Shown in pieces: positions 4,578 through 5,814 of a DNA stretch of 5,814 nucleotides. The stretch comes from Okeania sp. (GTDB lineage: Bacteria; Cyanobacteriota; Cyanobacteriia; Cyanobacteriales; Microcoleaceae), in NCBI RefSeq assembly GCF_035285525.1, contig NZ_JAYKGW010000074.1:1-5814 (forward strand), read 5' to 3'. The notes below the pieces were generated by a model that worked only from the letters and a program-made list of their open reading frames with translations, had not been told where the DNA came from and ran no database searches. How positions within the stretch are numbered: position 1 is the first letter of the stretch; every line of letters begins with the position of its first letter. A program made the position numbers and the translations under genes.

Positions 4578-5814
4578 AAAATTCTTAATTATCAACTTCT
4601 AGAAAAAATTTACGCTAGCGATCGCACAATTGTTTATCGTGCTTATGCAGAATCATACGAAAAATTAGTCATCCTGAAACTACCAAATTATCCCTATCCT
4701 AATTTTAAACAGTTAACCCAATATCGCAACGCTTATGCACTTGTAAAAAACTTTAATTTTCCTGGGGTAGTAAAAATGCTAACTCTGGAAAAATTTGAGC
4801 AACGTTTAATGTTAGTAATGGAAGATTTTGGTGGTATATCTCTACAAAAGTACATCAGAGACCAAAATCTTTCTAACCTGATAAATGGAATAGATATAAG
4901 TCAATTTTTCCACATAGCTATCCAAATAATTAATACTTTAGAAAAATTACACCAAAATCAGATTATTCATAAAGATATTAAACCCCAAAATATTATTATT
5001 AATCCTCAAACCAAGGAAATTCAACTAATAGATTTTAGTACCACAACAAAGCTACCCAAAGAGACAGCCGAAATACGGAATCAAAATACTATAGAAGGGA
5101 CTCTAACTTATATTTCACCAGAACAAACAGGCAGAATGAATAGAGGTATTGATTATCGGAGTGATTTTTACTCATTAGGAATTACATTTTATCAATTATT
5201 AACTGGGCAACTTCCTTTTATTTCAGAAGACCCTATGGAATTAGTTCATTTTCATATTGCCCGTCAACCACAATCTCTGATAGAATTGAATCCCCAAATA
5301 CCAGAAAATCTTAATTCTATAGTGTTGAAATTAATAGCCAAAATGCCAGAAGCTCGTTATCAAACAGCAGCCGGATTACGCTATGATTTAGAAAAATGTC
5401 AGTATGAGTGGGAAAATACTCAAAAAGTAACAGTATTTGAACTGGGAAAACAAGATAGTACCAACTACTTAATTATACCAGAAAAACTCTATGGAAGAAA
5501 GCAGGAAGTCAAAATATTACTGACAGCTTTTGACCGAATTTGTGATAGTTCCAAATCCCCAATAGAGTTAATGTTAGTGGGAGGATTTTCTGGGATTGGC
5601 AAATCAGTATTAGTGAATGAAATTCATAAACCTATAGTTGAGAAAAGAGGTTATTTTATTACTGGAAAATTTGACCAATTTAAGTGCAATATTCCCTTTT
5701 TAGCTTGGTTAAATGCTTTTGCCGAATTGATTAAACAAATCCTTAGTGAACCAGAAGCAAAATTACAGGCGATCGCTATTAAATTACAACAGGTATTAGG
5801 AGAAGAAGCACAAG
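4560..5814 (+). CDS. 3'-partial CDS: N-terminus of a second giant multidomain signalling protein (Ser/Thr protein kinase-like domain followed by an AAA_16-type P-loop ATPase)
   Basis: Absent from the ORF track because it has no stop in the window. My codon-by-codon translation from ATG 4560 (in-frame TAA at 4554-4556 just upstream) is open to base 5813: MQMQMQKILNYQLLEKIYASDRTIVYRAY...IIHKDIKPQNIIINP...IDFSTTT...GTLTYISPEQTGRMNRGIDYRSDFYSLGITFYQLLTG...LYGRKQEVKILLTAFDRI...LMLVGGFSGIGKSVLVNEIHKP... Confidence 0.92.
   Translation, partial: MQMQMQKILNYQLLEKIYASDRTIVYRAYAESYEKLVILKLPNYPYPNFKQLTQYRNAYALVKNFNFPGVVKMLTLEKFEQRLMLVMEDFGGISLQKYIRDQNLSNLINGIDISQFFHIAIQIINTLEKLHQNQIIHKDIKPQNIIINPQTKEIQLIDFSTTTKLPKETAEIRNQNTIEGTLTYISPEQTGRMNRGIDYRSDFYSLGITFYQLLTGQLPFISEDPMELVHFHIARQPQSLIELNPQIPENLNSIVLKLIAKMPEARYQTAAGLRYDLEKCQYEWENTQKVTVFELGKQDSTNYLIIPEKLYGRKQEVKILLTAFDRICDSSKSPIELMLVGGFSGIGKSVLVNEIHKPIVEKRGYFITGKFDQFKCNIPFLAWLNAFAELIKQILSEPEAKLQAIAIKLQQVLGEEAQ
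4590..5390 (+). other. Ser/Thr protein kinase-like (Hanks-type) domain of gene 2
   Basis: Beta3 Lys in VILK (AAA 4677-4679), catalytic loop HKDIKPQN (4968-4991), DFS in place of DFG (5031-5039), activation-segment end GTLTYISPEQ, and DYRSDFYSLG (subdomain IX-like). Boundaries are approximate. Confidence 0.85.
4618..4625. repeat. HIP1 octamer GCGATCGC
   Basis: Exact palindromic octamer read directly from the sequence. Confidence 0.9.
5580..5606 (+). other. Walker A / P-loop (GGFSGIGKS) of the AAA_16-type ATPase module of gene 2
   Basis: A GxxGxGKS pattern sits about 30 residues after the LYGR.QE motif (5487-5498) that typically opens this ATPase module. Confidence 0.85.
5769..5776. repeat. 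HIP1 octamer GCGATCGC
   Basis: Exact palindromic octamer read directly from the sequence. Confidence 0.9.

Overview
AT-rich window (about 30% GC by hand counts) with three perfect HIP1 octamers (GCGATCGC), which points to a cyanobacterial origin. Two same-strand giant signalling genes dominate it, and both run off the window. (1) Positions 1-3800 hold the C-terminal ~1265 codons of an HstK-like multidomain sensor: AAA/STAND-type helical and TPR-like region, GAF, HisKA/DHp, HATPase_c. Its frame is open back to base 3, so the TTG start at 81 in the ORF track is an artefact. (2) Positions 4560-5814 hold the N-terminus of a second protein of the same family: a Ser/Thr-kinase-like domain followed by a P-loop AAA ATPase. 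The ORF track misses it because it has no stop inside the window. The most unusual part is the 759-bp spacer between them (3801-4559), which has no long ORF. It contains a 71-bp-period tandem repeat, a 20-nt-arm inverted repeat around a 79-nt purine-rich loop, and a sharp 54% GC island at 4381-4500 in spacer DNA that is about 17% GC where sampled. The island could be a structured RNA or leader element, or a 50-codon gene with foreign codon usage (4353-4505). I cannot tell which without folding, homology or expression data. Other points: an in-frame 42-bp tandem duplication (two heptads) in the GAF-to-DHp linker of gene 1, pseudokinase-like motif degeneration in gene 2, and an (ATGCAG)x3 repeat at the gene 2 start. 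No tRNA, rRNA, CRISPR array, transposase or known defence gene was recognised.
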